Below are positions 47,501 through 64,000 of a stretch of 64,000 nucleotides of DNA, piece after piece (the stretch's first letter is position 1; each line of letters starts with the position of its first letter). The notes under the pieces are model-generated. The model did not search any database and was not told where the DNA came from. It saw only the letters and a list, made by a program, of their open reading frames with translations. The DNA is taken from assembly GCF_009914755.1 (NCBI RefSeq), contig NC_060946.1, one strand, 5' to 3'. The position numbers were made by a program, and so were the translations under genes. The stretch is from the human T2T-CHM13v2.0 reference genome, Homo sapiens.

Positions 47501-49509
47501 TATCAGACCTTGGTGAGAAGCATAGTTTGGGAACATTTTCTCCCATCCTGTAGCCTGTGTGTTTACTGTGCCAGTGATTTATTTTGCTATCTGGCAGTGT
47601 TATAGTTTCTTAGGCCCAGCTTGTCCTTTTGGTTTTTCTTACTGTTGCTTTTTGTTTAAATGCTTTTCCAAAGCCCGTACTGAGAAAGATATGTCCTAGG
47701 TTTCCTTGTAGGACTTTTATAGTTGGAGGTATTCTGCTGAAATCTTTCATTCACCTTGGGTTAGTTTTTGTATCTGACGAGAGTTAAGGCTCCAGTGTTG
47801 TCCATCTGCATGTGTCTAGCCACCTAGCCCAGTGCCCTTCACTGCATAGTGAGCCTTTTGTCCATCTGACGTTTGGTGTTTCAGCATGGCTTTGGAGTTT
47901 CAGGGCATTTTGTGATCCCATGGGAATTTTAGCATTGTTTGTTTATGTTGTTTTTAGGAAACAAAATTGGCCCTGTCCTAAATATGTACAACTAGAGGGT
48001 CGAGTGGGACATTTGGGTCCATGCATGCATCGTATAGGGATGAAATCAGGGTATTTAGCATCCTTTTATGCCTGGTAGAGTTTTCATGTCTTTGAGTGAG
48101 GAGAGCGAGAACCCTCCTTTCTGGCTGTCTTGAAGACCACCCTTTGGTAAAATTTTCCCTAGTCATCCTGCTGAGGAATAGAACAGCAGGTTTCATTCCT
48201 CTCATGCAACGTGTCACTTTGTACCTGTTTCCTATGCCCACCCTTGCCCAGCCTTCTTTTCCAACCCTGGCAAGCACGATGGTGCTTTGTAGGTCTGTGT
48301 GAGATAAAGTTTCCTAGATTCCTCATGAGTGAAGTGATGCGAGGTTTGTCTTTCTCTGCCTAGTGTGTTTTGTTTACCATAATGTTCTCCAGGTTCCACA
48401 GTGTTGCCACGGATGACCTGATTTCAGTACCCATGTCTGGCTGAAGAGTATCTGGTTGTGACTGGATACTGCAGTTTCTGGATCTCATCCTCTGTGGGTG
48501 GACAGGTAGGTTGATTGCTTATCTTGGCTATTGCGACTGTTTCCACAGTCAGCGTGGGAAGGCAGATACGTCTTCTGTGTACTGATTTCATATGATTCCA
48601 GTAGCAGCACAGCTCAGTGGTTGTAAGTTTAGTTTTCTGAGGAACCTCCAGGTGGCTTCTGTAGTGTGCATACTAATTACCTGTTAACAGTTGTGGATAA
48701 GAAAGCTAACCTCTCTGGAAATTCACAGCAGCTTCTTTTAAGATACACAAAGGTCTTTGTAATAATCGTTCCACCAAGAGAGGCACAGTATCTGAGTCTT
48801 GTTCTGATTTTCATTTTTGCCATGATTAGTGGTGTTAACCGGGTGTTAACAAGCATACTTATTTTCAGTTTTATGTGTCTTTTGCAGAAAAGCCTCTTTG
48901 GTTTTTTTATCCAGTTTTGGTTTGGTAATTAATTTCTGTTTTCTGGTGTTTTTTGCTAGTTAGTAATGTTAGTTACTTACACCTTTTCCAAAAAATGCCT
49001 CATCAGCTGTGTTTTTCTCCAAATGCTTCTTATCATCCTTTGTATGTTTCTTTCTTTTCATTCATGTTTTTCATTCTTTCTTGCCCACAAGCCATGTAGT
49101 CTGATGCAGTTTCAGGTGTGTGCAGTGTTCTGGTTTTCCCTTACTTTGGTGACTGATGAAGTTAAAGAAATTCACCAGCTTATCAATCTGTTGCCAGTGA
49201 GTTTTGGTTGTTGCTTGTTTGTATTCTTTTTTGTCTTCTTTATTTTTTCTGTTTTCCTTTTTGCAAACCATGAGCATAGATCCAAGTTGACCCTGGTATC
49301 TGCACACTATATGCTTTCTTCTTAGAGAGTGACTTTATCAGTTTTGGATAGGTCTTTCTTTCAGTTGAATGAATTGTGAATTTCGCACAATAAGGACCCT
49401 ATGTTATTTTGCTTAGGGATATCCAGTTCCCTGAACACTGTATTGGACAGACTCTCCCTTCCCAGGGTGACTTTTGTGGTTGTTTTCAAACATGTGCTTA
49501 CTCGTATGT
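44540..49509 (-). mobile_element. Array of degenerate L1MA-type fragments and Alus (44540-44842 -, 45204-45475 +)
   Basis: Repeated antisense L1 3' motifs; heavily diverged. Confidence 0.65.
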
Positions 49510-52500
49510 TGTTAAAGGAAAGTATCTTGGTCCCCCAAAATCACTAAGGAAAACTCAGGCTGGAAACTGCTTAGGGCCAACCTGTCTCCCATTCTGTTAA
49601 AAGCCACCCCTCTGCTCACTGAGATAGATGCATATCTGATTGCCTCCTTTGGAGAAGCTAACCAAAACCTCTAAATAATGTAATTATTTGTGTATCTCTT
49701 ATCCATGACCTTGAAGCTCCCTCCCTGCTTCCAGTCTTCCTGCCTTTGCTTAAAGTTGTTCCACCTTTCCAGAACAAACCTATGTACTTCTTAACATACA
49801 TTGATTGTTGTCTCATGTCTCGCTAAAATGTATAAAACCAAGCTGTGCCCTGACCACCTTGGGCACATGTTTTCATGACTTTCTGAGGCTTTGTCAGGAG
49901 TGTGTCCTCAACCTTGGCAAAATAAACTTTCTAAATTAACTGAGACCTGTTTCAGATTTTCAGAGTTCCCCTTTTGGTAACCACGAGGGATTCTGAGTGG
50001 AGATGCCCCTGACCTTTGGCAAATCTCCTGTCAGTGCTTGGGACCAGTGTGAGCTCACTTTATGACCCAAACCAATAGGACAATTTGCTGAGATCTGAGA
50101 GCACTCCCTCCAAAGAATCCTTCATCTCCAAAACTTTGGTCAAGATCTAAAGTTTATTTTGCTGTACAACTCCTCTTTTTTTTTTTTTTTTGGAGTTTTA
50201 CTTGCGTCCAACAAGACAAGTTTTCACACCTCCATGATGTTGGAAGGCAGGTAACTACTTTATAGAGTTTGAGCTCACTTCTTCTATTAGGCAAATTTGT
50301 TTTGTGTGTTTGTTTGTTTGTGTGTTTTTCCTGCTTCTAGGATAGTAGAGAGTAGTTTGCAGCCTGAGATCCATCACTAAGTAAGAAACTAGTTTTGGAT
50401 TCTGTCTTGCAAATTCCTTTTAAAGAATAAAGTTAACATTTAACAACCAGCCGGTGTTAATTTCTGCTTACACGTCAGAGTGCTCAGAAATCATATAATT
50501 TGTGTGACCATTGTTAGTTTAGCAGCATTTTGTCCTCGCTGAAATATGGTAATAAGATTAAAAGAGTTTTGTTTAAAGGAGCACAATTGTGTAAAAGTCA
50601 GCTTAATTAAAAGGGTAACATCCAGATGTGTGTGCATGTGTGCGCATGTTTGTATTTGAAAGGCCTTCATGTTTTTTGTTTTTTTGTTTGTTTTACTCTC
50701 CTAAGACCTTGTCTTTTTGTTGTTGTTGAGCAACTGTGTTTATGTTTTTTTTGTCTTTTTTTTCTCAGTTGACTGAATTCTGTTTTCACTTGATTTTTCT
50801 TGACTAAAGTAGTTATTGCAACAGAGGCTACTCTTGGGTTTTTAAGGAAGACTGTAGTTTAATTTAATGTTTAATTTGGCTCGAAGAAAATATTAGTGTC
50901 TCCCTCTAGCACCACCAGACTCTTTCCTTGTGTGCTTTATGTAGTAAATTTTGCTATTTGATTTTCACCTGAATTGTTTCCCTTAACGTTCAAATTTAAG
51001 GCTGTTTAGTTGACAGCTGCCTAGGGTTGTGAAACAAGTTACCAAGAATCTGAAAGTCTGAGAGAGAAAAAAAGGGGGAGGTCTTCAATCTATAAAATGT
51101 ACCGTGACAGCCCAATGCGTTCACCTTGCCCGCTGCCTAGACAGAACCGATTTATCAAGGTAGAGGAAGTGCAGTGGAGAAGGAGTAATTCACGCAGAGC
51201 CGGCTGCATGGCAGACCAAAGTTTTTACTCAAATCGGTCTCCCCGAGCATTCGGGGATCAGAGTTTTTAAAGATATTTGGTGGGTAGGGGCTTGGGAAGT
51301 GGGGAGTGCTGATTAGTCAGGTTGGAGATAGAATCATAGGGGGTTGAAGTTAGGTTATCTTTCTGTCTTCTATTCATGGGTATGACGGCACAACTGGTTG
51401 GGCCAGATTACTGGCCTGGGCAGGGTCTGCAACACGTATCAAGCCCTGATCTTAGGTTTTACAGTAGTGATGTGATGTTACCTGCAGGAGCAGTTTGGGG
51501 AGGTTCAGACTTTCGAAGCCAGAGACTGCATGACCCCTAAACTGTATATTCTAATCTTGTAGCTAATATGTTAGTCCTGCAAAGGCAGACTGCTCCCCAG
51601 GCAAGAAGGGGTTCTTTTCAGGAAAGGGTTGTTATCAATTTGCTTTCAGAGTCAAACCGTGAACTAAATTCCTTCCCAAAGTTAGTTGAGCTTACACCAA
51701 GGAATGAACAAGGACAGCTTAAGGGTTAGAAGCAAGATAGAGTCGGTTAGGTCTGATTTCTTTCACTGTCATAATTTCCTTAGTTGCAGTTTTGCAAAAG
51801 TGGTTTCAGTACTTCCATAGATATGCCTGATAGATTTTTAAGATGTATTTATGTATTGTGTACAGAATGTTGGACTACTAAAAATATATAAAAGCTCTAA
51901 TCGGCTTAAAGAAAAATAAAACCACTTAAGTTAAATACTAAGAAAGACTTGTGAAATGCTTTTTCAACTTTATGTAACTTAAGCAAAATCTTTAATAAAT
52001 AAGCTATCTTTAAAATTATTGGTAAAAAAATATTAGAAATGTCTTAAAAATTGGTAGCATACATTTTTGTTTACATTTAGTATCAACCAATTTCATACAT
52101 ATTCCTGCCAAATACTATAAGGTGTCAAAATTTGGCATTGGGGTTTCAAAAGTATAAACCCAGCCCAAAACGGAATGATCTTTACTTGTGTAATTTTTAA
52201 TAAGTAAGACATTGATATGGGGTTTAATAAAAACAGCTGCATGTTGAATTTAGTAAGATTACTAGCACTTCTAATCCTGCGGCATTTGGCAGTCTAGTCC
52301 ACAGACAATAAGGTAAGGACTGTTACTGCCTTTGTTTCAAATCTAAACTATAAACCAGGTTCCTCTCAGTGTTAGTTCAGCCTATGCCCAGGAATGAACA
52401 AGGACAGCTTGGAGGTTATGAGCAAGATGGAGCCAGTTAGGTCAAATCTTTTTTTCACTGTCTCAGTTATAATTTTGCAATGGCGGCTTCATAACTTTAA

Positions 52501-55500
52501 ATCATGACTATCACAGATTTCATAAATAATCTAGATAAACAATTAAAATAATTAGGTAATTGTAATGGGATAAACACTTGTAGACAAACTGGTCATAATT
52601 TAGAATATAAAGTTAAGTTAAATAATAGATATTTCATTATTTGGGTATTTTCCAATACACATATATTGTAGGAAAACATTCTTGCCAAAAAAGTGTCTTT
52701 TTTTCTAAAAAAAAAAAAAAAAGAACATGTTTTATCTAATTCAAAGCTTATTTAAAGTTATATATAAAACAAAGTAAAAGGAACCAGGAAATAAAAAAAT
52801 GTAAAGAAAGTTGTAAAGAGGTAGTTTTTGAGGTAAAAAAGAGTTTAAAGAGAAATACTATTATATAAGAAAGAATCCTGTGTAGTAAGTTTAGTCCTAA
52901 AATAAAATAACTGGTTGTTTAAAAAGAAAGGATGTTCAGAACAAATCAGAAAGTCTGACCATGTCATGAACAATGTAAGTTACAATAAGGATTTATATAT
53001 TTAAAAAATCCAAAAACTTTTATATAATAAAGTTGTCACATTAAGTTTTGGTTTACTTAGGAAAAAAACTGAGATTTTTTAAAATTGAAGTTATTACATC
53101 CATGTATCTTCCTGTATATGCTTTCAAAATCCTTGCAACATTGAGTTACAGGGCTTTTTAACTCCTATGTCTAAAAACGAAAACCAATTCCTGCTAAATC
53201 TTAAATACCCACAGCAATTAAAGCCTCATCTTCAGGACCAGTAGAAGATGCCAATTTAAATAAACTGCTGCATTCCTGAGACACAGGGCAGGAAATGAAA
53301 GCTATTGAACTCCTCAAGACCAAGAGACTATTGTGAAAGAGGTGGGAGCATAAGATTGTAAGGGCCGATTTTGAAAGATAAAGTTGGTTCAGTTTCTCTA
53401 TACATTAATTATTAATGTCAAAATCACAATGATGCAAAACCAGTATATGGACCCCTGTGTCAGATTAACAAGGTTTTCTTGAAGCATTTACCAACTCCTT
53501 AGTACAGGTTATAAAAGGCTTATGGAAGTTATATTTTATAATCAAGATTACATTTTATAGATTTAGAAAATTTTAAAAAACAAATGTAATTGGCTTCATG
53601 CTGTTTTTATTAGGGCTTCTTGTTTAAAAAATTAAGTCTCCTGTCTCAAAGGATGAAGGTTTTCACTTTTAAAAAATCCTTGAATTATCACTTTGGTTAA
53701 ATAAATGACTTTACAATGACCTGTAATCCTATTTTTTAATATCAAGTGTTTTAAACATTTTATATTTGACAAACTTTCCAAAATCAAATTATATATTATG
53801 TCTTTTTCCATCCTAAATAGAACATTAGTTTCTCTAAAGTCTAAAAATGACATAATTTGGCTTATCTGGTATAAAATTTATACAGGAAAGTACTGTCAGA
53901 TAAGAAATGGTGTTTGGCTTTCTTTCATATCCATTTGTATAAATATGTTATTGGTATGTGTTCCAAAATGATGGGAAACTCCTGTAATTCTGATATAACT
54001 TAGTGTACATTATTCGTAATAATCATAATTGCTATGTTAAAATTATCGTGTGCCACGGAGGTAACACATTCACTTGTCAATTGTATCTTTTAACTATGGC
54101 TGCCTTTACTTTTTTTTCATCCACAGACGGTTATCTTGTTTTGTCTTGTTTTGTCTTGTTTTAAACCCTCTTTATAAGGTGGGTTTATAATCAGCTGTAG
54201 GACTCTTAACAGGTGCACTTAAATTCAGGTTTTCTGATAATTTTGGAAATTGTTACATTGGAATAAAGCAAAAAATTTCGGAACTCTCTCATGGAGAGCT
54301 GAAATGTTCCTGACTATGAAACGGAACAGGAGTTAATTGAAATAACTGAACCAACAGAAAATTGAAGTAATCTTTTTGACTTCTTGCTTAAAACATTGCT
54401 GATACTTTGTTTAGTTTTTCAGAGTTAAGAAAACTTTGTTAGTTGCAGATTTTAACAATAAAGTATATTCCTGTGAACAAAATTTGGAGCATATTTGTTT
54501 TTCTCTACCTAATTTCTCCAGAATTTGGAAACTGGGGGTATTCTTAATTTATGGCAATATAGTTATTTGCATAAGTGCAATAAGAATCTGTTTTATTTAG
54601 CAATAGGACACAGTTGGAGAAGTTGGTTATTTTATCAAGGGTTTGACTGAAATGGTGTGCTTTCCTTTAAGGAATCAAACTTGACTTATAGAAGCCAATA
54701 AAGCCCGTGGAAAAACTGGCCTCATATTTTGTGTACACAGTCCCTGTACAGGGTTTTGACCTGTGGTAAATAAAGAATGTCACTTTCTGACAGGTGCAGA
54801 AGCCCCAGGTTTATCTTGGAACCTCAAGAGGAGAGGAAATTCACTGAAATCATAGGTATTTGATGGCACAAATCCATGGCTGGGCCTGGCTTAAGAAAGT
54901 CTTATCTAAGATTCCTCCTATGGAACAAAGTTCCATCAAAGCCAATTTAAAAGCCTGTGTAAAAAATAATTATTGTTGTTGCACTGTATGCAAATAATTA
55001 GACCAAGAATAATAAAGCAAATCAGTTCTAACATGATTTATCTTTAGTAAAAATGGAAAACTGGAGAGAGAAAAAATTATGTTTCAAAACCACAGTAGAC
55101 CTGTTTTTAGATTCTAGTCTTGCCTAATATTTTTTTCAATTTTTATTATTTTCTACAGTTGGGACCAAATTCTAATTTTTCTTGGCTACAAGTCTTTAAT
55201 GTTTTCAATTTTTTTTTCAATTATTCCTAACTTGGAGTCACTGAAAACTAAGCTGTGCTTTCTTAAAACCCTGTGAACTGAAGCCAGACAAATTAAACTT
55301 CAGAAGAAAATAACAGCAACCTGTTGACATACCTAAGCCACTTTCATACCTGCCTACTGAGGCATGGACTGCAGAGTAATGTGGCTTACATTGATTTTTC
55401 CAGGATTGTTCTTTTGTTTGTTGTTGTTTTTTCTCACTTCCTCCCCCCTATTTTAACTTCAAAGGATGTGAGACATCACAACCTGCTAAAAATGAGCTTT

Positions 55501-56062
55501 TGGGACCTACCTCTCTAGGAATAAACCCTCCTAGCCATGAGAGATCAGATGAAACCCGAGACCAGAGACTCATTTTCTTGTAAAATGCTTTTTCCAAAAG
55601 ATTTTTTAAAAAGAAAAGGGGGGAAATGTGAAAGGAAAATATCTTGGGCCCCTAAAATCACTAAGGAAAACTCAGGCTGGAATCTGCTTAGGGCCAACCT
55701 GCCTCCCATTCTATTCAAAGTCACCCCTCTGCTCCCTGAGATAGATGCATACCTGATTGCCTCCTTTGGAGACTAATCAGAAACTCAAAAGAATGTAACC
55801 ATTTGTGTATCAGTGATCTGTGACCTGGAAGCTCCCTCCCTCCTTCCAGTCTTCTGAGTTAGCTTCAACTTGTCACACCTTTCTAGACCAAAGCAATATA
55901 CTTCTTAGATATATTGATTGATGTCTCATGTTTCTCTGAAATGTATAAAACCAAGCTGTGCCCTGACCACCTTGGGCACATGTCATCATGACCCTGAGGC
56001 TGTGTCACGAGTGTGTTCTCAACCTTGGCAAAATAAACTTTCTAAATTAACTGAGACCTTCA
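49510..56062 (+). mobile_element. MER4A-type (ERV1) non-autonomous provirus: 5' LTR 49510-~49970, 3' LTR 55627-~56062
   Basis: Two similar LTRs starting TGT(T/G)AAAGGAAA..AAAATCACTAAGG. PBS-like TGGTAACCACG after the 5' LTR; purine tract before the 3' LTR; non-coding interior. Confidence 0.88.
51103..51808 (-). mobile_element. Solo LTR8 nested antisense in the provirus
   Basis: Reverse complement starts TGAAACCACTTTTGCAAAA; 4-bp TSD GTAC at 51099-51102 and 51809-51812. Confidence 0.85.
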
Positions 56063-58720
56063 TTTGAGTTTGCTGCTGGACACCCTCATTGTGTTCGTTG
56101 GCCTGTGTTTCTCTGTTAATGCCTATCACGAATCGCTTGGGTAACTAAAGCTTTGGGAAGTAGTTGAAAGTGGAAGAGTGTGATGGCACTCCACTGACTT
56201 TGTATGTGCAGAAACTGCTTTGGGAATGCAGGACATTTCATTGTCCCACGGGATTTTTAGTAGTGTGTTGTGATCCTATTTGGAAAACAAAAATAGGACA
56301 TGGTCTATGTTTTTATTTAAAGGGTGCAATGGACCTTTTTACATGAATCAATGAAACTACAGGACCTAGCATCTGTTTCATGCTACAGTGAGGATTTCTT
56401 GATGGAGAGAGCATTCCAAATCCTTTCCAGCAATATTGAATATTATGCTAGGATATTGTTAAGCCTAGTCACCCTGCTGTGCTGTAGAACACCAGAGTAC
56501 CTGTGCCTCATCTGAGCATCCCTTTGTAGCCATTTCCAATCCTCCTCCGAGCCTCTGGTACCCACTGTTGACATTGCTACTGTATGAGATTCACTTTGTT
56601 AGATTCCACGTGCATGAGATTGCACAGTATTTGTGTTTGTCTTCCTCTGCCTGGCTCATGTTTTTTAACTTAATGCCCTCCAGGTTTCTCCATCTTGCTG
56701 GTAGTGAACTGATGTCCGGAAGTTTGATGGCCGAAGAGTATACCGTTGTGCATATATCCTTCAATTCCTGATTTTATCATCTGTAGAAAGACAAGTAGGT
56801 TGATTCCCCACCTTGGTTATTGTCCAGAGTACTTCATGAAACATGGGAAGGGAGATACCTCCTTAAGGTAGGTTTCCTTGGCTTTGCAGGTATACCCAGT
56901 GTTGGGATGGCTAGAGGAACTGGTGGTTGTGTTGTTAATTGTTTCAGAAACCTCCAGCTGTTTCCCAGTGGGTATACAAATTTGCATTCAAACCAGTAGT
57001 ATGTAATAGTTCCTCTGTCTGCAAATCTACACTGCCCTTATCTTCCAAAGTTTTATTGCTGTTTCTGGTCATACTCGTTCTCTGGGGAGAAACTCTTCTG
57101 ATGTGGAGAAACTTCTGTTACCTGAGAGGCTGTTTCAGGTTTTTTCAGAAATGCCTACGCCAGTCTTTTGGGCATTTTTAGTATTGGTTTTTGTCCACTT
57201 AGGTGTGACAAGCATTGTATATTGGTTTTTGTCCACTTAGGACCATTAGTTTCTTGAATATGTTAGATAAGAAGCCCTTCCAGATCCACAGTTTTCCATA
57301 ATTTTCTCCCAGTCTGTAGGATGTTTTCTGTTGGGTTCACTGTTTTCTCTCCAGTGTTGAAGCTGTGTGAAGCTCTGAAGTTGTCCTTAGTTTCACATGG
57401 TCACATTAGCTTTTCTTAGTGGTGATTTCTGTGTCCCTTTGAGGAGAAAAGCAAGATGGTGAAGCCATTATGTATGGTCTATGGGTATTTGGTTCCTATG
57501 TCTTCGTTTTCTGCTTGTAGCTTAGGTTCACAGGTTCAAGTTTCCCCACAGTAGACATACACTCTATGCGTTTCCCTTGGAGATTTTGGTTTCAGGATTG
57601 AATTTAGGTGTTCAGTAGATTTTGTGTCACTTTTTGTGTCTTGGGTAAAGGAAGGGTTCGGTCCTTTACACGTGACCCCCACCCCCCCCACAGTTTCCTC
57701 AACCATTGTTGTGCTTTTGGGGTAAAAGCAAGAATCCCATGGGTTCAGTGTTTATAACTGTGGGTTGATTATTTGGCTCCTTCGTTGTGTCCATTCTGTT
57801 ATCTTTCTGTGTTCATGCCACTAAGAGGATGGATTGGGTCACTGTAGGCTTTTTGTTTTGTTTTGTGTGTTTTCTTCCTTTTTTCTATTTTTATTTCCAA
57901 AGCTGGGTTTTCTAAAATGATAGCTACTTTTATTGTGATCAAGGGGTACGCCTGCAGGTTCACTTCACTACATGGCTATACAGTAGAATTTTGATGCTTG
58001 AGGTCCTAACGTACCTGTCGTCCAGGCAGTGAACACAGCACCAGTTGGGTCTTTCTTCCTCCAAGGCTCCCTGTCTCCCTTCTTTTTCTGTCTGGTAGTA
58101 CCCAACGTCTGTTGATTTCATATTGATGTTGATGTGCATTGGGTGTTGAGCTTCCACTTATAAATGAGAACCTGCAGTGTTTGGTCTTCTGTTCTTGCCT
58201 CAGTTGCTTAGCAGAGTGGCCTCCAGTTCCACCCATGTTCCTACTGAGGGCATGATTTTGTTTCTGTGTTTGATTTTCCTTAGTGGTTTTTTCAGCATTC
58301 TGTGATGTATAGGTACCACATTTTAAAAAATCCAATTTTCTGTTGGTGGGCATCTAGGTCAGTTCCACATCTTTATTCCTGTCAGTAACACTCCCGTGGA
58401 CATGTGAGTGTCTGTGTCCTTTTGATAGATGCATGTGTTTTTCCCTGGGGTAGACGCACGGGGTGGGATTGCTGCGTCAAAGCGTAGCTCTGCTTTCTGT
58501 CCTTTTTTTTTTCCAGAAATCTTCAGACTGATTTCCACAGTTTGAGATCTAGTTTGCATTACCTCCAAGAGAATAGCCATGTTTGCTTTTCTCTGCTGCC
58601 ACACCAGCATGTTATGTTTTGACTTAGGACAAATGGCCACTCTGACCAGCGTGTGATGGCACCGGTACCTCATCTCTGATGATTGGTGATGTTGAGCATT
58701 CCCCACGCCTGTTGGAATGG
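56063..58720 (-). mobile_element. Degenerate L1 fragments (MA/PB-type)
   Basis: Antisense L1 3' motifs; the L1 resumes after the provirus. Confidence 0.6.
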
Positions 58721-60519
58721 CAATCCCTTGGAAATGTCTTCTCAATAGTTACTACCCATAGGTATGTTGCTCGGGCCACTGTGTGGCCCCAGCACTTGGT
58801 TTGCATAGGGACTTGGGGATTGTTTGTCATCATTAGCCGGGACAAATGTTACACTGCTGTTCCTACAGTGAGTAGTGGGAGTGGCGTATGGGGGCATATG
58901 CTTATGTCCACAGTTCCATCAGAAATCCCACTGCCTTAAGACAGTCTTACGGAAACCGAGTCCCAGCCTTGCAGCACCGGGTAGCCCTGTGGCATTTTGA
59001 CATTGAGTGTGTCTGCATTGTTGAAGTCACTCAGCATGTTGCCATGCGTTTATCCACTTAGGTCAACGTTAAGGGAAGTTCATTGCCTCTGCTTCTTCAG
59101 TAACTGATGTCTGGTGCATCAACTGAATGCATTTCAGGCTTTTCAGCAGTTCCCCCAGATCTATGGGTAAAAAAAGGTTTTCACCATGCCCACCTCCCCA
59201 GTGAGTGACCAATGTCTCATTGTTAATGCATCTGATGCACAGAGTTTAGTGGTCTGAGGGAGGTCAGTCGCCAAGCGGAGATTGAAATCACATTTGTATT
59301 TACATTATTACTTTTCTACAGTTTGGTTTGTTGCAGGCTTTCACACTACTAATCTGGGCTGAATCCTTGAATTACTTTGTCTACCAAGGGTTTCAAAGAA
59401 CTTGATAAACTTGTTCTAATTAGCCAACATATTCATCCATGTTGTCCGTATACCAGGTGTAAAAATAAAACGTTTCTTAATGCACACAGGACATGGAAGG
59501 CAATCTACACATTTTCAGGTGTAGACTTTGCTTGTGACTCTTTTGTGAGGAATGGTCATTGTTATTTTAGGAAAACCCTGAGTTTATCCAACTCTTGTTA
59601 GAATTGGATAAGTGTAAAAACCTACAATAGAATGCAAGTGTGAGAGCCAATTCCTCTGGTAAAATAAACTCATATTATTATTTATATATGTCTGGTCATT
59701 GTATTAATAAAATCAGTTTGTTTTGGCTGAAACACATGGTTGGCCTTTACAATAGATGTGAAAATGGGCTTATAGATCATTGCTCTTTATTGTGAATATT
59801 AGGTTGTATTTATTGCCAAACTCTTTCAACAGCTTCTAAGCAGTGAATTTTCAGTGCATTGTTGTTGTTCTCCAAGTACAAGCAGCCACTTCAGTTTTAC
59901 CACATTCATCTTCCACACACTGATGAACCATATGGAGGCAGCAGGAATTGAAGTAGAACCAGAGGGAGTAGTTAGGACAGACATTCTGATTCATTCATTC
60001 TGATTCTCACTATTGTCAGTGAGTAAAGGTTCATTGAATTTTTCTTCTGATGAATAAAATGGTCAGTTTTCTCAGTGCAATGGCTTACTTTTGGAAGAGC
60101 AGCTCTAAAGACTTTACTACTGATTAGTAAAGACTAAACTGCTTTCTGTATTTTTTTTTAAATTCAACTTTTATTTTAGATTGAATAAAAATGTGCAGGT
60201 TTATTGTGTGATACTGAGTTTTGGGGTACGATTGAAGCCATCACTAAGGTAATGAGCATCTCACCTTCTCCTTCTCTTCACTCTGTTACAGAGAACAGAC
60301 CCTCCCAGTCTTCAGTGCACTCTAAATACTTGCTAATTCTGGCCAATGGAAGGCATCTGTGGAAGAAAAAAGCCTCAGATCATGTGCTATCTGTCTTTAT
60401 TCAGTGTGACATATTAGGTAATGGTCACAGACACTCACCATGGCCCCAGTTTTTAATAACATGACCCTGCTTTTGTGTTCCAGTAACTTCTGTTGTTTTC
60501 CCAATCCTAAGTATGATAG

Positions 60520-64000
<3,481 letters not shown>

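Noticed and set aside
49505-56066. TSD for the MER4A provirus
   Set aside because: The 3' LTR end is eroded and no matching 4-5 bp flank could be read, so none is claimed.
57182-57241. 22-bp direct repeat around a 16-nt spacer
   Set aside because: Small repair or slippage duplication inside an old L1; no sign of function.

Overview
This is primate (human-like) pericentromeric segmental-duplication mosaic DNA, and I see no intact protein-coding gene. From left to right: (1) Alu and Tigger1 repeats; (2) a full-length processed NEK2 pseudogene (minus strand, with poly-A and TSD); (3) an orphan NOS2-derived exon between Alus; (4) two L1PA insertions that both look 3'-transducing; (5) an unprocessed NF1 pseudogene with exons equivalent to NF1 13, 16-24 and 36, lacking the GAP-domain exons and carrying alleles matching NF1 disease mutations (Y489C, R681*); (6) an unprocessed 3' MED15 pseudogene of 8 exons; (7) a pyrimidine-rich minisatellite. 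The centrepiece is a ~700-bp degenerate palindrome (34025-34720) with mirrored TATA and CCAAT boxes whose arms resemble BAGE exon 1 (REP522-type bidirectional cancer/testis promoter). Its left arm points into the co-oriented MED15P-NF1P exon train. The right third holds MER85, old L1s, a MER4A-type provirus with a nested solo LTR8, and an older duplicated segment (39.7-41.6 kb vs 60.5-64 kb). The NEK2P/NF1P/MED15P combination is typical of the 2q21/14q11/22q11 duplicons, but I cannot tell which copy this is. All parent-gene and repeat identifications rest on recalled sequences, not database searches.
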